A DNA stretch of 41,620 nucleotides. Origin: Firmicutes bacterium UBA4975 (GTDB taxonomy: Bacteria; Bacillota; Proteinivoracia; UBA4975). The notes under the pieces were generated by a model. The model was not told where the DNA came from and did not search any database. It saw only the letters and a list, made by a program, of their open reading frames with translations. The stretch is taken from the NCBI GenBank assembly GCA_002397155.1, contig DGZR01000044.1, forward strand, positions 1 through 41,620, given 5' to 3'. A program made the position numbers and the translations under genes. Of this stretch, positions 11,202-20,502 are shown one piece after another (the first letter of the stretch is position 1; each line of letters starts with the position of its first letter).

Positions 11202-11229
11202 GCCACACTCCTCCTTCCCTGTACACATG

Positions 11230-11257
11230 AAAAGGGAAATGGGCCTCCCCACTTCCC
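11230..11257 (-). terminator. stem-loop with short U tract between atpE and atpF
   Basis: GGGAAGTGGG-gagg-CCCATTTCCC-TTTT. Confidence 0.55.
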
Positions 11258-11264
11258 GGCTGGT

Positions 11265-12196
<932 letters not shown>

Positions 12197-12197
12197 G

Positions 12198-12611
12198 CTA
12201 CTTATCCCCCCTTTCCCAGCCGGCAATGCGCAAGAAGCCCTGGAATGACTGCCTGGAAAAAGTAAAAAGAGCTTCTCCCAGGATAACTGCCTTGATCAAG
12301 AAGAGGCCGACAAAAACCGCCCAAACGCTGATTTCCGCGGCGGTGTTGGCCAGCAAGACGACAGAGACTATGAGGATATACCGGAAGACGCACTGAACAG
12401 CCGCTCCTTTTTGCGCCGCCCCTGGGGGCAGGTCCAGGTGTTTGAGTAGGGAGCGGGAAAGGAAGCGGAAATTAAGAAGAGCCGCCAGGGAACCGATGAG
12501 CACCCCTAGTGCCTCGGGCCAGCGCCCGGAAAAGGCGGCAAAGAGAGCGAGGACGATGGAAGTAAGGCCGACCCTGAGGGAAATCTGGCGTATTCTGGTG
12601 AAATATTCCAC
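12198..12611 (-). CDS. atpI: ATP synthase subunit I
   Basis: Four-TM hydrophobic protein directly before atpB; start likely GTG 12611 (GGAG upstream). Confidence 0.8.
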   Translation of the reverse strand: MEYFTRIRQISLRVGLTSIVLALFAAFSGRWPEALGVLIGSLAALLNFRFLSRSLLKHLDLPPGAAQKGAAVQCVFRYILIVSVVLLANTAAEISVWAVFVGLFLIKAVILGEALFTFSRQSFQGFLRIAGWERGDK

Positions 12612-12616
12612 TTGCT

Positions 12617-12838
12617 TCACTCCCAGGGAATAATATTCTTCAACAAAAAATAAGCGTTGCCGGCGCCGGAACAGACGCCCAACAACAAGGAGATGATGAA
12701 CCAGCCTCCCCAGGACAGCCTGGCCTCTAAAAAAGCGCCCAGCCACCAGCCCAAAAGGACCGGGGCGATAAAGGATAAACCTATGCCGGTAATCAAGGAC
12801 AGGTAGCGCAGGATCTCCAACCAGTCGGCAGGTTTCAT
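12617..12838 (-). CDS. AtpZ/AtpI-family small two-TM protein
   Basis: LSLITGIGLSFIAPVLLGWWLGAFLE pattern; first gene of the atp operon; start ATG 12838. Confidence 0.8.
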   Translation of the reverse strand: MKPADWLEILRYLSLITGIGLSFIAPVLLGWWLGAFLEARLSWGGWFIISLLLGVCSGAGNAYFLLKNIIPWE

Positions 12839-12858
12839 TATCCCACCCCACAGGGGCA

Positions 12859-12887
12859 ATTATACTTTTAATCCCTCGCTAATGCAA
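12859..12887 (-). promoter_or_regulatory. sigma-A promoter of the atp operon
   Basis: TTGCAT-N17-TATAAT. Confidence 0.75.
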
Positions 12888-12894
12888 GTCCACC

Positions 12895-14841
12895 CTAGGC
12901 CTTGGGTGCCCAATATACTTGAATCTGGTCTCCGCTCTTTAGCGGGGCGGTATACTCCCCGGGGGTCCCGTTCACGGTGACCACCAGGTCTCCTCCCTCG
13001 GTTCCCACCTGCTGTATGTCGGCTTTGGCCAGGGCATAAGCCAGGATGGACCGCTCCGGGGGCAGGGCCAGGCTGGCGCCATTGACGCTCACCAGAATTT
13101 CTCCGCCGACCGCCGGGGGGAGGGGGCCAATAGTAATTGAGGCGCCGGAGGTTAGAACTGTTTCTGGGACGGCTCGGTTTCCGTCCACAGTGACCGCTAC
13201 CTGGCTCAGATCCAAGTCCATGAGGAGGGCCAGCTCGCTCAGGTCTTTTGGCGGCCGGATCTCAACCTTGTCCCCCGGCTCTACCGGGGTGTCCGGCGAG
13301 CGGGAAAGGCCGTTAATTTTGTAAAGCAGGGGAAATTCTACAGCGCCTCCGTTGATGACAAAGGAGGGCAAAGCCAGGCTTTCCGCCAGTTCGGACAGGA
13401 GCAGGGGCGGCGGCGCCTCTTCCCCCTCTCCGGGCAAGACGGTAATCCGGTCTCCCGAGGCCAGCGGAGTATCCAACGGGGCGGGAGCATCGTTGACCAG
13501 GATTCTAGCGGCCCAGTCGGAGCCTCGGGCAATAGTTCGAGGGCGGCCGTTCAGCTCAAACTCTCCTGAAGAAGTGAAATCTTCGGCAGGCCCCAGGCCG
13601 GAATGCAGCAAGGCCTGGGCCACCGTGGCCTTTTGCAGGTTAAAGAGGGTGACTTCCTGCCCGTTAATAACTAAACGGAGGAAGAATTCCTGGCGGGGCC
13701 TGGCCGCCATCAAGGCGATGCCCAGGGGAGTGATTATCTCCGGCCCCTGCAGCCCCCGGCCGAGAAAGCGAACGCCTTCTAATTGTTCCCCGGTCCTTAT
13801 GCCCACCCGTTCCAAGGGCAGGCCCAAGTGGCGGGCCAGGTCCTCCCGAAGAAAGGGAGTGAGGCTGCCGCCTCCGGCGCAGAAAAGGGCGGCCGGGGAA
13901 GAGCCCCCATTGCAGCGCCTGATTTCAGCGGCCAGCGCCGCTGCCAGCTTGTCCACCACCGGCTTTATCACCGCCAGAATCTCATCTCTATCCAGAAGGC
14001 AAGTATTGCCCAGGACATCGGTAAAGCCGATGGCTTCTTCGCTGCCCAGGCGGAGCTTGACCCTTTCAGCGCTGTTAAAGTCCAGCAGGTATTCCTGAGC
14101 GATTGCCTCGGTGACCTCGTCCCCCGCCATGTCCACCATGCCGTAAGCGACAATCGTCCCTTCCCGGCTGACGGCGATGTCTGAGGTTCCGGCCCCGATG
14201 TCTACCAGAGCGATGTTTAAAAGGCGCAGGGGGGGCGGAACGGCGACAGCCATGGCGGCGATTGGCTCTAGGGTGAGACTGTCCACTTGGAGACCGGCCT
14301 TGGTCACTGCGGCTAGCAGGCTATCCACCACCATCCGAGGCAAAAAGGTGGCAATTATTTCGATGCCGATAGAATTGCCCCTCTGCCCCACCGGATTGGC
14401 GATGACGGCATCGTCCAGGCAGTAAGCGACGGGGCTAAGGCCGACACAGTACAGGGAAGGGCTTTTTTGCGCCATCTCTTCCCGAGCCTTGGTCAGGGCT
14501 TTAATTTCCAGTTGTTCAACGTCTTCGGGCTCAATCTCCCTGGGCAGGGCCAGGTCGATCTTTTCCTTCACCCTAAAAGTGGTCAGGGCCCTTCCGGCGG
14601 CGGCAATGGCGGCCCCCTGGAGGGGGACCGCCCCTTTTTCCTCCAGGGCTTCTTTGACCCTGGCCAGGACGGCGCTGACTTGGGCCACATCATGGATCTG
14701 ACCGTCCAGCATAGCCCGCTGGGGGTGCCATTCTACCTGGCTGTGTTCAACCAGGACTTCTCCTTTTTCCGTCAGTCGGCACAAGAGGCCGACCACAGTC
14801 CGGGTTCCTATGTCCAGGGCGAGAATATACTCTTGGTTCAC
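12895..14841 (-). CDS. FtsA/PilM-like actin-fold ATPase with C-terminal ThiS/MoaD-like repeats
   Basis: ALDIGTRTV, LTLEPIAA, LVDIGAGTSD and AGGGSLTP motifs; C-terminal repeats of (V/I)NG...LxxGDx(I/V). Start reassigned to GTG 14841. Confidence 0.8.
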   Translation of the reverse strand: MNQEYILALDIGTRTVVGLLCRLTEKGEVLVEHSQVEWHPQRAMLDGQIHDVAQVSAVLARVKEALEEKGAVPLQGAAIAAAGRALTTFRVKEKIDLALPREIEPEDVEQLEIKALTKAREEMAQKSPSLYCVGLSPVAYCLDDAVIANPVGQRGNSIGIEIIATFLPRMVVDSLLAAVTKAGLQVDSLTLEPIAAMAVAVPPPLRLLNIALVDIGAGTSDIAVSREGTIVAYGMVDMAGDEVTEAIAQEYLLDFNSAERVKLRLGSEEAIGFTDVLGNTCLLDRDEILAVIKPVVDKLAAALAAEIRRCNGGSSPAALFCAGGGSLTPFLREDLARHLGLPLERVGIRTGEQLEGVRFLGRGLQGPEIITPLGIALMAARPRQEFFLRLVINGQEVTLFNLQKATVAQALLHSGLGPAEDFTSSGEFELNGRPRTIARGSDWAARILVNDAPAPLDTPLASGDRITVLPGEGEEAPPPLLLSELAESLALPSFVINGGAVEFPLLYKINGLSRSPDTPVEPGDKVEIRPPKDLSELALLMDLDLSQVAVTVDGNRAVPETVLTSGASITIGPLPPAVGGEILVSVNGASLALPPERSILAYALAKADIQQVGTEGGDLVVTVNGTPGEYTAPLKSGDQIQVYWAPKA

Positions 14842-14873
14842 ACTGATCACCCCCCTTTTGGAGATTGGCCATT

Positions 14874-15890
14874 TTAGGCGACGGTTTCCCCTGAAATTTT
14901 GTTCCTGCCCCAAAGAGCGCCCAGGGCGGAGACCGCGCCCAGGATGAGGATCAGGTAGTAGGTGTAAAAGCGCCAAGACAGGATCAAGAGGCCAAGGACG
15001 GCCCTGGGCACTATTCCCCGGTACATCCCGGCCATAGCCAGCTCCAGGGCACCGCTGGCCCCGGGGACGGGAATGTAGGGCAGGGCCAGGGTGAGGACAA
15101 ATTGACTGCTGATGAGGCTTAAGGGATCAGTCCGCGCTCCCAGTCCCCGGGCGAGAACGGGAAGCATGCCAAACCAGGCCAGCCAAAAGACGACGCTGAG
15201 TAGGATGAGGCGCACAAAGAGCAAGGGGCCGCCTGCCCGGAGCAGTCTCAGGCCCGCGGCAAATTCCTGGGCCTCGGTGGCCAGTTGCTCCTGCCAGCGG
15301 GCTACCCTCCCCCGCTGCCATTTAGCCGGAAACCAGGCAAAGACGGCCTGGACACCCCGGGGGTAGAGGACATAGGCCGCGTTTACGACCAAGGTGACGG
15401 CAAAGAACAGGGCGACGACGGTGAAGATCTCGCTGGTCACCGGCCCGTACTCCACCCGGCCCCGGGCGTAGAAAAACAGCCAAAAAACCCCCGCCGAAAA
15501 GACGAGTTTGGTGGTAAAGCTGCGGATTACCGCCGCTGCGACTGAGGTCCCAAGTTTCAGGCCGTTTTTATTGAGCAAGTAAGCCAGGGCGGGGACCTCC
15601 CCCAAGCCCATTGGCGTGACCAGTTGGGCAAAAGTGCAACTCAAAAAGAGGGTGCACCCTCGGAACCAACCCAGGGAGGTGCCCATAGCCCTGGTCAGCA
15701 GGCTAATCCGCCGACCCTCCAAGCCGATGGCAAGGAGGAGCATTGCAGCGGCAAGGCCCAGGTAGCCCGAAGCCAAGAGGTCGAGGTTTTTCACCGCTTT
15801 TAGGTCGACAGTCTTCCAGATTAGGACCAGGGCCGCCAGTATACTCAGGCTGACGGAGATACCTAAGCCCCGGCGCCAGTTAGAACCCAT
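14874..15890 (-). CDS. UPF0104 / lysylphosphatidylglycerol synthase TM-domain (flippase-like) membrane protein
   Basis: Multi-TM protein with VTPMGLGEVP, PVPGASGALE and WRFYTYY patterns; start likely ATG 15890. Confidence 0.78.
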   Translation of the reverse strand: MGSNWRRGLGISVSLSILAALVLIWKTVDLKAVKNLDLLASGYLGLAAAMLLLAIGLEGRRISLLTRAMGTSLGWFRGCTLFLSCTFAQLVTPMGLGEVPALAYLLNKNGLKLGTSVAAAVIRSFTTKLVFSAGVFWLFFYARGRVEYGPVTSEIFTVVALFFAVTLVVNAAYVLYPRGVQAVFAWFPAKWQRGRVARWQEQLATEAQEFAAGLRLLRAGGPLLFVRLILLSVVFWLAWFGMLPVLARGLGARTDPLSLISSQFVLTLALPYIPVPGASGALELAMAGMYRGIVPRAVLGLLILSWRFYTYYLILILGAVSALGALWGRNKISGETVA

Positions 15891-15903
15891 GGGCAACACC
15901 TTC

Positions 15904-16350
15904 TTATTCAGAAAAGAGCTCTGAAACAATTCCGGCCTGGTTCAGCAGGTCCAGGCTAAAGGAATCGGGATAATCGCCGGCAAAGATCACTTTGACAATG
16001 CCGGCGTTGATGATCATTTTAGCGCAGGTGATACAGGGCTGGTGGGTGACATAGAGGGTGGCGCCGCCAATGGCGATGCCGTGGTATGCGGCGTGAACAA
16101 TGGCGTTTTGTTCGGCATGTAGCCCGCGGCACAGTTCCTGGCGCTGGCCCGAGGGGATTTCCATGGCCGTGCGCAGACAGCCCGTTTCGTCACAGTGTTT
16201 CAGCCCCCGAGGAGGGCCGTTGTAGCCGCTGCTGAGAATTCGCTTGTCCCTGACCAGGAGCGCGCCCACCTGCCGCCGGAGGCAAGTGGAGCGGGTGGCC
16301 ACCACTCCGGTGATCTCCATAAAGTAGCTGTCCCAACTGGGCCGGGTCAT
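15904..16350 (-). CDS. dCMP deaminase family protein (ComEB-like)
   Basis: [21 protein letters not shown] and PCITC motifs. Confidence 0.92.
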   Translation of the reverse strand: MTRPSWDSYFMEITGVVATRSTCLRRQVGALLVRDKRILSSGYNGPPRGLKHCDETGCLRTAMEIPSGQRQELCRGLHAEQNAIVHAAYHGIAIGGATLYVTHQPCITCAKMIINAGIVKVIFAGDYPDSFSLDLLNQAGIVSELFSE

Positions 16351-16976
16351 TTGGTGCCGAAAAGCCGGTCGCCGGCATCACCCAGACCGGGGACGATGTA
16401 GGCGTGTTCGTTCAGGCGTTCATCCACCGCCGCCACGTATATTGAGACATCAGGGTGGGTGCTCTTTACCTTTTCTAAGCCCTCGGGAGCGGCTATGAGG
16501 TTGACCAGGCTGATGTTTACCGCGCCCCGTTCTTTGAGAAAATCGATGGCGGCGCAGGCAGAGCCGCCGGTGGCCAGCATGGGGTCCACGATGATCAGGT
16601 CCCGCTCGGCGATATCCCCGGGCAGCTTGCAGTAGTACTCCACCGGCTGAAAGCTGTTGGGATCGCGGTAAATGCCGATATGACCCACTTTGGCGGCGGG
16701 AATCAAGCGCATCATCCCATCCACCATCCCCAAGCCGGCCCGGAGAATCGGGATGATGCCGATCTTTTTTCCGGCCAGAGTCTTGGCCCTGGCGGTGCAA
16801 ATCGGCGTCTCCACTTGGGTATCCTCCAGGGGCAGATCGCGGGTCACCTCGTAGGCCATCAGCATCGAAACTTCTTCGACTAGTTCCCGGAACTCCTTGG
16901 GCCCGGTATTTTTGTCTCTAATCAGGCTGAGCTTGTGCTGGATCAGGGGATGGCTGATTAAAACTACTTTACTCAT
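16347..16976 (-). CDS. upp: uracil phosphoribosyltransferase
   Basis: [18 protein letters not shown] and [12 protein letters not shown] motifs. Confidence 0.98.
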   Translation of the reverse strand: MSKVVLISHPLIQHKLSLIRDKNTGPKEFRELVEEVSMLMAYEVTRDLPLEDTQVETPICTARAKTLAGKKIGIIPILRAGLGMVDGMMRLIPAAKVGHIGIYRDPNSFQPVEYYCKLPGDIAERDLIIVDPMLATGGSACAAIDFLKERGAVNISLVNLIAAPEGLEKVKSTHPDVSIYVAAVDERLNEHAYIVPGLGDAGDRLFGTK

Positions 16977-16994
16977 TTTCCTGCCTCCACCCTT

Positions 16995-18230
16995 TTAGTA
17001 TAGGGGAAAACGGCGGCATAAATCCGCCACCTTGCGGCGGGTTTCTTCTTGGAGGTCTACGGCAGCGGGGTTTTTTAGGACCTGGGCAATGAGGCTGCCT
17101 ATCTGTTCCATCTCGGGCCGGCCCATTTTCCTGGTGGTCACCGCCGCCGTGCCCATGCGGATCCCGCTAGTGACAAAGGGTCCGGTGGGATCAAAGGGTA
17201 TGGTGTTCTTGTTGACGGCGATGCCCACCCTGTCCAGCAAGGCCTCGGCGTCCTTGCCGCTGATATTTGTGGTGCGCAGGTCCACCAGCAACAGGTGAGT
17301 GTCGGTCCCCCCGCCGGAGAGGACGAGCCCCTGGGCGATGAGGGCGGCGGCCAGGGTTTTAGCGTTGTCCACAACCTGGGCGGCGTATTTTTTAAAGGCG
17401 GGCTGGCTGGCCTCTTTGAAGGACACGGCCTTGGCGGCGATTACGTGCATGAGGGGCCCTCCCTGTAAGCCGGGAAAGACCGCCTTGTCAATGGCCTTGG
17501 CGTACTCGGCCTTGCAGAGAATCATCCCCCCCCGGGGACCCCGCAAGGTCTTGTGGGTAGTGGTGGTGACAAAGTGCGCGTGGGGTGCGGGGTTTGGATG
17601 AACCCCCGCCGCCACCAAGCCGGCTATATGGGCCATGTCGACCATGAGCAAAGCGCCCACTTCGTCGGCGATTTGCCGAAACAGGGGGAAGTCCAGGGTG
17701 AAGGGGTAGGCGCTGGCGCCGGCGACGATGAGCTTTGGCTTGATCTCCCCAGCGATACGCCGGACCTCTTCGTAATCGATGCGGCCGCTTTGACGATCGA
17801 CGCCGTACGGATGAAACTTAAAATACAGACCGGAAATATTGACCGGGCTGCCGTGGGTGAGGTGCCCCCCATGGGCTAAGTTCATCCCCAAGACCACATC
17901 GCCGGGCTTGAGAGTGGCCAGGTACACGGCCAGGTTGGCCGAAGCGCCGGAGTGGGGCTGGACATTGGCGTGGTCGGCACCAAACAGGGCCTTTGCCCGC
18001 TCCCGGGCCAGTTCCTCCGCCTCATCCACCACCTGGCAGCCCCCGTAATAGCGCTTGCCCGGATAACCTTCAGCGTACTTGTTGGTTAGAACCGAGCCCT
18101 GGGCCGCTAAGACCGCCGGACTGACGAAGTTTTCCGATGCGATCATTTCTAGGTGCCCCTGCTGTCTTGCCAGTTCTCGGGCGAGAATCGCCTCAATTTC
18201 CGGATCCACCATCCCAAGGGTCTTTTCCAT
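16995..18230 (-). CDS. glyA: serine hydroxymethyltransferase
   Basis: [19 protein letters not shown] and [14 protein letters not shown] motifs; start likely ATG 18230. Confidence 0.98.
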   Translation of the reverse strand: MEKTLGMVDPEIEAILARELARQQGHLEMIASENFVSPAVLAAQGSVLTNKYAEGYPGKRYYGGCQVVDEAEELARERAKALFGADHANVQPHSGASANLAVYLATLKPGDVVLGMNLAHGGHLTHGSPVNISGLYFKFHPYGVDRQSGRIDYEEVRRIAGEIKPKLIVAGASAYPFTLDFPLFRQIADEVGALLMVDMAHIAGLVAAGVHPNPAPHAHFVTTTTHKTLRGPRGGMILCKAEYAKAIDKAVFPGLQGGPLMHVIAAKAVSFKEASQPAFKKYAAQVVDNAKTLAAALIAQGLVLSGGGTDTHLLLVDLRTTNISGKDAEALLDRVGIAVNKNTIPFDPTGPFVTSGIRMGTAAVTTRKMGRPEMEQIGSLIAQVLKNPAAVDLQEETRRKVADLCRRFPLY

Positions 18231-18243
18231 TTGCATCTCTCCT

Positions 18244-18795
18244 CTACCAGTCTCGATAAACTGCCCTGCTGCCGCCAATTAGTCTGGGACGGGTGCGGGC
18301 ACAAGTAACCAAAGCTTTACCGATAGTCTTTCTGGGCAAGCGAACCGGCACCGCTACCGGGCAGAGGTGCATGCCGATGAGAGTGCTGCCGATATCGATG
18401 CCCCCCCGGGCTTGAGCGCCTATATCCTCGACCACCGCCGGGACCAGGAGCTTTTCCATGGCGACGGCAGCCAGGGCGCCGCCGGCCTCGGGGCGGGGGA
18501 GAACATTGACTTCGCTGAAATTGCCTGCCCTGGCCCGGGTGCTCTCCAAAACCAAGGCCCGGTTGAGGTGCTCGCAGCACTGAAATGCGGGCTCGATCTG
18601 GCGGGGGCGACAAAAGGAGAGCACTTCATCGACTATTATCTCCGCCACCTCCAGATTGGAAGCTGAGCCGATGGGCCGACCGAGAACCTCGCTGGTGCTG
18701 CAGCCGATGACCAGGAGGTCCCCCCCGCAAAACCCGGCCAGTTCGGCTAACTGAAACAAAACCTCTCTCATTCCCTCTTTAATTTCCTCATTCAT
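18244..18795 (-). CDS. ywlG: YwlG / UPF0340 (TIGR01440) family protein
   Basis: [20 protein letters not shown] and [10 protein letters not shown] motifs; lies between rpiB and glyA. Confidence 0.9.
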   Translation of the reverse strand: MNEEIKEGMREVLFQLAELAGFCGGDLLVIGCSTSEVLGRPIGSASNLEVAEIIVDEVLSFCRPRQIEPAFQCCEHLNRALVLESTRARAGNFSEVNVLPRPEAGGALAAVAMEKLLVPAVVEDIGAQARGGIDIGSTLIGMHLCPVAVPVRLPRKTIGKALVTCARTRPRLIGGSRAVYRDW

Positions 18796-19694
18796 CGGCC
18801 AAACTCCTCCTCCAGAGCGGCAATTTTATCGAGCCGGTCTTGATGCCGTCCCCCGGCAAAGGAGGTGTGCAAAAATGTCCTGGCGATCATCTTGGCCAAT
18901 TCTGAGCCCAAAACCCGCTGTCCCAGGGTGAGAATGTTGGCGTCATTGTGGGCCCGGGCCATGGCGGCGGAATAGCAGTCCGCGCAGTTGGCGGCCCTAA
19001 TTCCCTTTACTTTGTTAGCGGCTATCGACATCCCCAAGCCGGTGCCGCAGATGATTATGCCCAGCCGGCATTGGCCGGAAGCGACGGCCCGGGCCGCCCG
19101 GGCCGCGTAGTCCGGGTAGTCCACCGACTGCTCGCTAGTACAGCCCAGGTCCAGGTAGGCAAACCCCTGGCTCTCTGCCAGGGCTTTTAGTTCTTCTTTG
19201 AGCTTGTACCCCCCGTGGTCGCTGGCCAAGGCGATTATTTCTTTTTCACCCGGCGCCAATTTTGGGACCAGGGAAGTGACTGCCCGTTCAATTTGGTCCC
19301 GCGCCCTCCGGTATTCCTCGGGGCCGCCGCCGAATGGGTCGGCAATTTCCCCGCCCTCCCCCAGGGCGTACTCGGCCAAAGTATGGATTTTCGCGGCAAA
19401 AGGGGGATGCGCCGACCGCAGATAATCCCGGTGTTCACCGGTCATGGTCAGGACCAGGTCCGCCCTCTCCAGCAATTCGGGGGTGATTTGCTGCGCCTGG
19501 TGGCGGGAAAGGTCCTCCCCGTCCCGGAGAACCCCCCGGGCACCTGCCGAGGCCGGGCTGCCGGAGTCGGCGGCGATGCCCGCCGAGGAGACCTGGATGC
19601 CCCCGGCGCCCCTTTCGGCTAAGATTCTTTTTAAGATGACCTCTGCCAGGGGACTCCGGCAGGTATTGCCGGTGCAGACAAAGACGACCTTCAT
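18792..19694 (-). CDS. rpiB: fusion of LMW protein-arginine phosphatase (YwlE-like) and ribose-5-phosphate isomerase B
   Basis: N-terminal half has VCTGNTCRS and IADPFGG; C-terminal half has ASDHGG, DYPD, CGTGLG, HNDAN and GGRH. Single frame from ATG 19694. Confidence 0.9.
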   Translation of the reverse strand: MKVVFVCTGNTCRSPLAEVILKRILAERGAGGIQVSSAGIAADSGSPASAGARGVLRDGEDLSRHQAQQITPELLERADLVLTMTGEHRDYLRSAHPPFAAKIHTLAEYALGEGGEIADPFGGGPEEYRRARDQIERAVTSLVPKLAPGEKEIIALASDHGGYKLKEELKALAESQGFAYLDLGCTSEQSVDYPDYAARAARAVASGQCRLGIIICGTGLGMSIAANKVKGIRAANCADCYSAAMARAHNDANILTLGQRVLGSELAKMIARTFLHTSFAGGRHQDRLDKIAALEEEFGR

Positions 19695-19696
19695 GG

Positions 19697-20386
19697 CTAA
19701 CCCTCCAAAAACATTTTTACGGCCAGGGCGACGAGGACAACGCCCCCGGCCAATTCTCCGTAATTCCCCGCAAAGGCGCAAAACTTAACGCCCAGGCGAA
19801 AGCCGACGGCAGTCATCCCCGCGCCGAAAACACCGAAGACTAGGGAAGTAAGGTAGATGTTAAAACCCAGGGCACCCAAGCCCAACCCTACGGAAAAAGC
19901 GTCTATGCTGACGCAAAAAGCCAAAAGCAACAAAGAAAAACCCGTCAACTTCCATTGCTTGATCCCAACCCCCTCCCCCCGAGAGGCCCAGGCGCCCCAG
20001 ACCATCCTCCCGCCAATCACGGCGACAATGGCCGCCCCGGTCAGCCTGGCGATACCCCCCGCCAGGCGGCTGAAAAACAAGCCCCCGGCGGTACCGATCA
20101 GGGGCATGAGGATGTGGAAAAGGCCTATAATCAAGCTGACTTTTATCCTCTCTCGCCGCTCAATGCCCCGGAGGCCGATGCCGATGGCGAGAGACATGGC
20201 GTCGGTGCCAAGGGCGGCCGCCGTCAAGAGCAAGGTGAAAATTTTACCCACCCCCCCGGCCAGGCCACAAACAGCCGCCCCGCCGTTAAGGGCCCCGCCG
20301 GGAAAAAGGGCGTAGAGGGCCTCCGTCAAGACTAGCAAAAGCGACTGGCTAAGTGGGAAACAATGCCTCAACGAGCGCCCCCCCAT
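19697..20386 (-). CDS. mntP: manganese efflux pump MntP family (start uncertain: ATG 20386 or GTG 20251)
   Basis: ALGTDAMSLAIG, FHILMPLIG and VSIDAFSVG motifs; position upstream of ywlE. Confidence 0.85.
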   Translation of the reverse strand: MGGRSLRHCFPLSQSLLLVLTEALYALFPGGALNGGAAVCGLAGGVGKIFTLLLTAAALGTDAMSLAIGIGLRGIERRERIKVSLIIGLFHILMPLIGTAGGLFFSRLAGGIARLTGAAIVAVIGGRMVWGAWASRGEGVGIKQWKLTGFSLLLLAFCVSIDAFSVGLGLGALGFNIYLTSLVFGVFGAGMTAVGFRLGVKFCAFAGNYGELAGGVVLVALAVKMFLEG

Positions 20387-20443
20387 CTTCCTTACCCCTC
20401 TTATAGCCGGTTCTCCCGGCCCGAGCTGTTTTCGAGCAGTTTT

Positions 20444-20473
20444 ATTATACTTATTCGGGAAAACCCCTGTCAA
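20444..20473 (-). promoter_or_regulatory. sigma-A promoter of the mntP-ywlE/rpiB-ywlG-glyA-upp run
   Basis: TTGACA-N18-TATAAT. Confidence 0.75.
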
Positions 20474-20477
20474 ACAC

Positions 20478-20502
20478 AAGAAAAGGGCCTCATAAAAGCC
20501 CT
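20478..20502 (-). terminator. intrinsic terminator after the Na/Pi cotransporter
   Basis: AGGGCTTT-tat-GAGGCCCT followed by TTTCTT. Confidence 0.55.

Noticed and set aside
12895-14841. Canonical cell-division ftsA
   Set aside because: No ftsZ or dcw context, and a long repetitive C-terminal tail.
20340-20378. GCGACTGGCTAAGTGGGAAAC resembles the 5' part of a ZTP (pfl) riboswitch and lies near glyA
   Set aside because: It is on the plus strand, antisense to the genes, and the downstream CGCCTGGGC element is absent.
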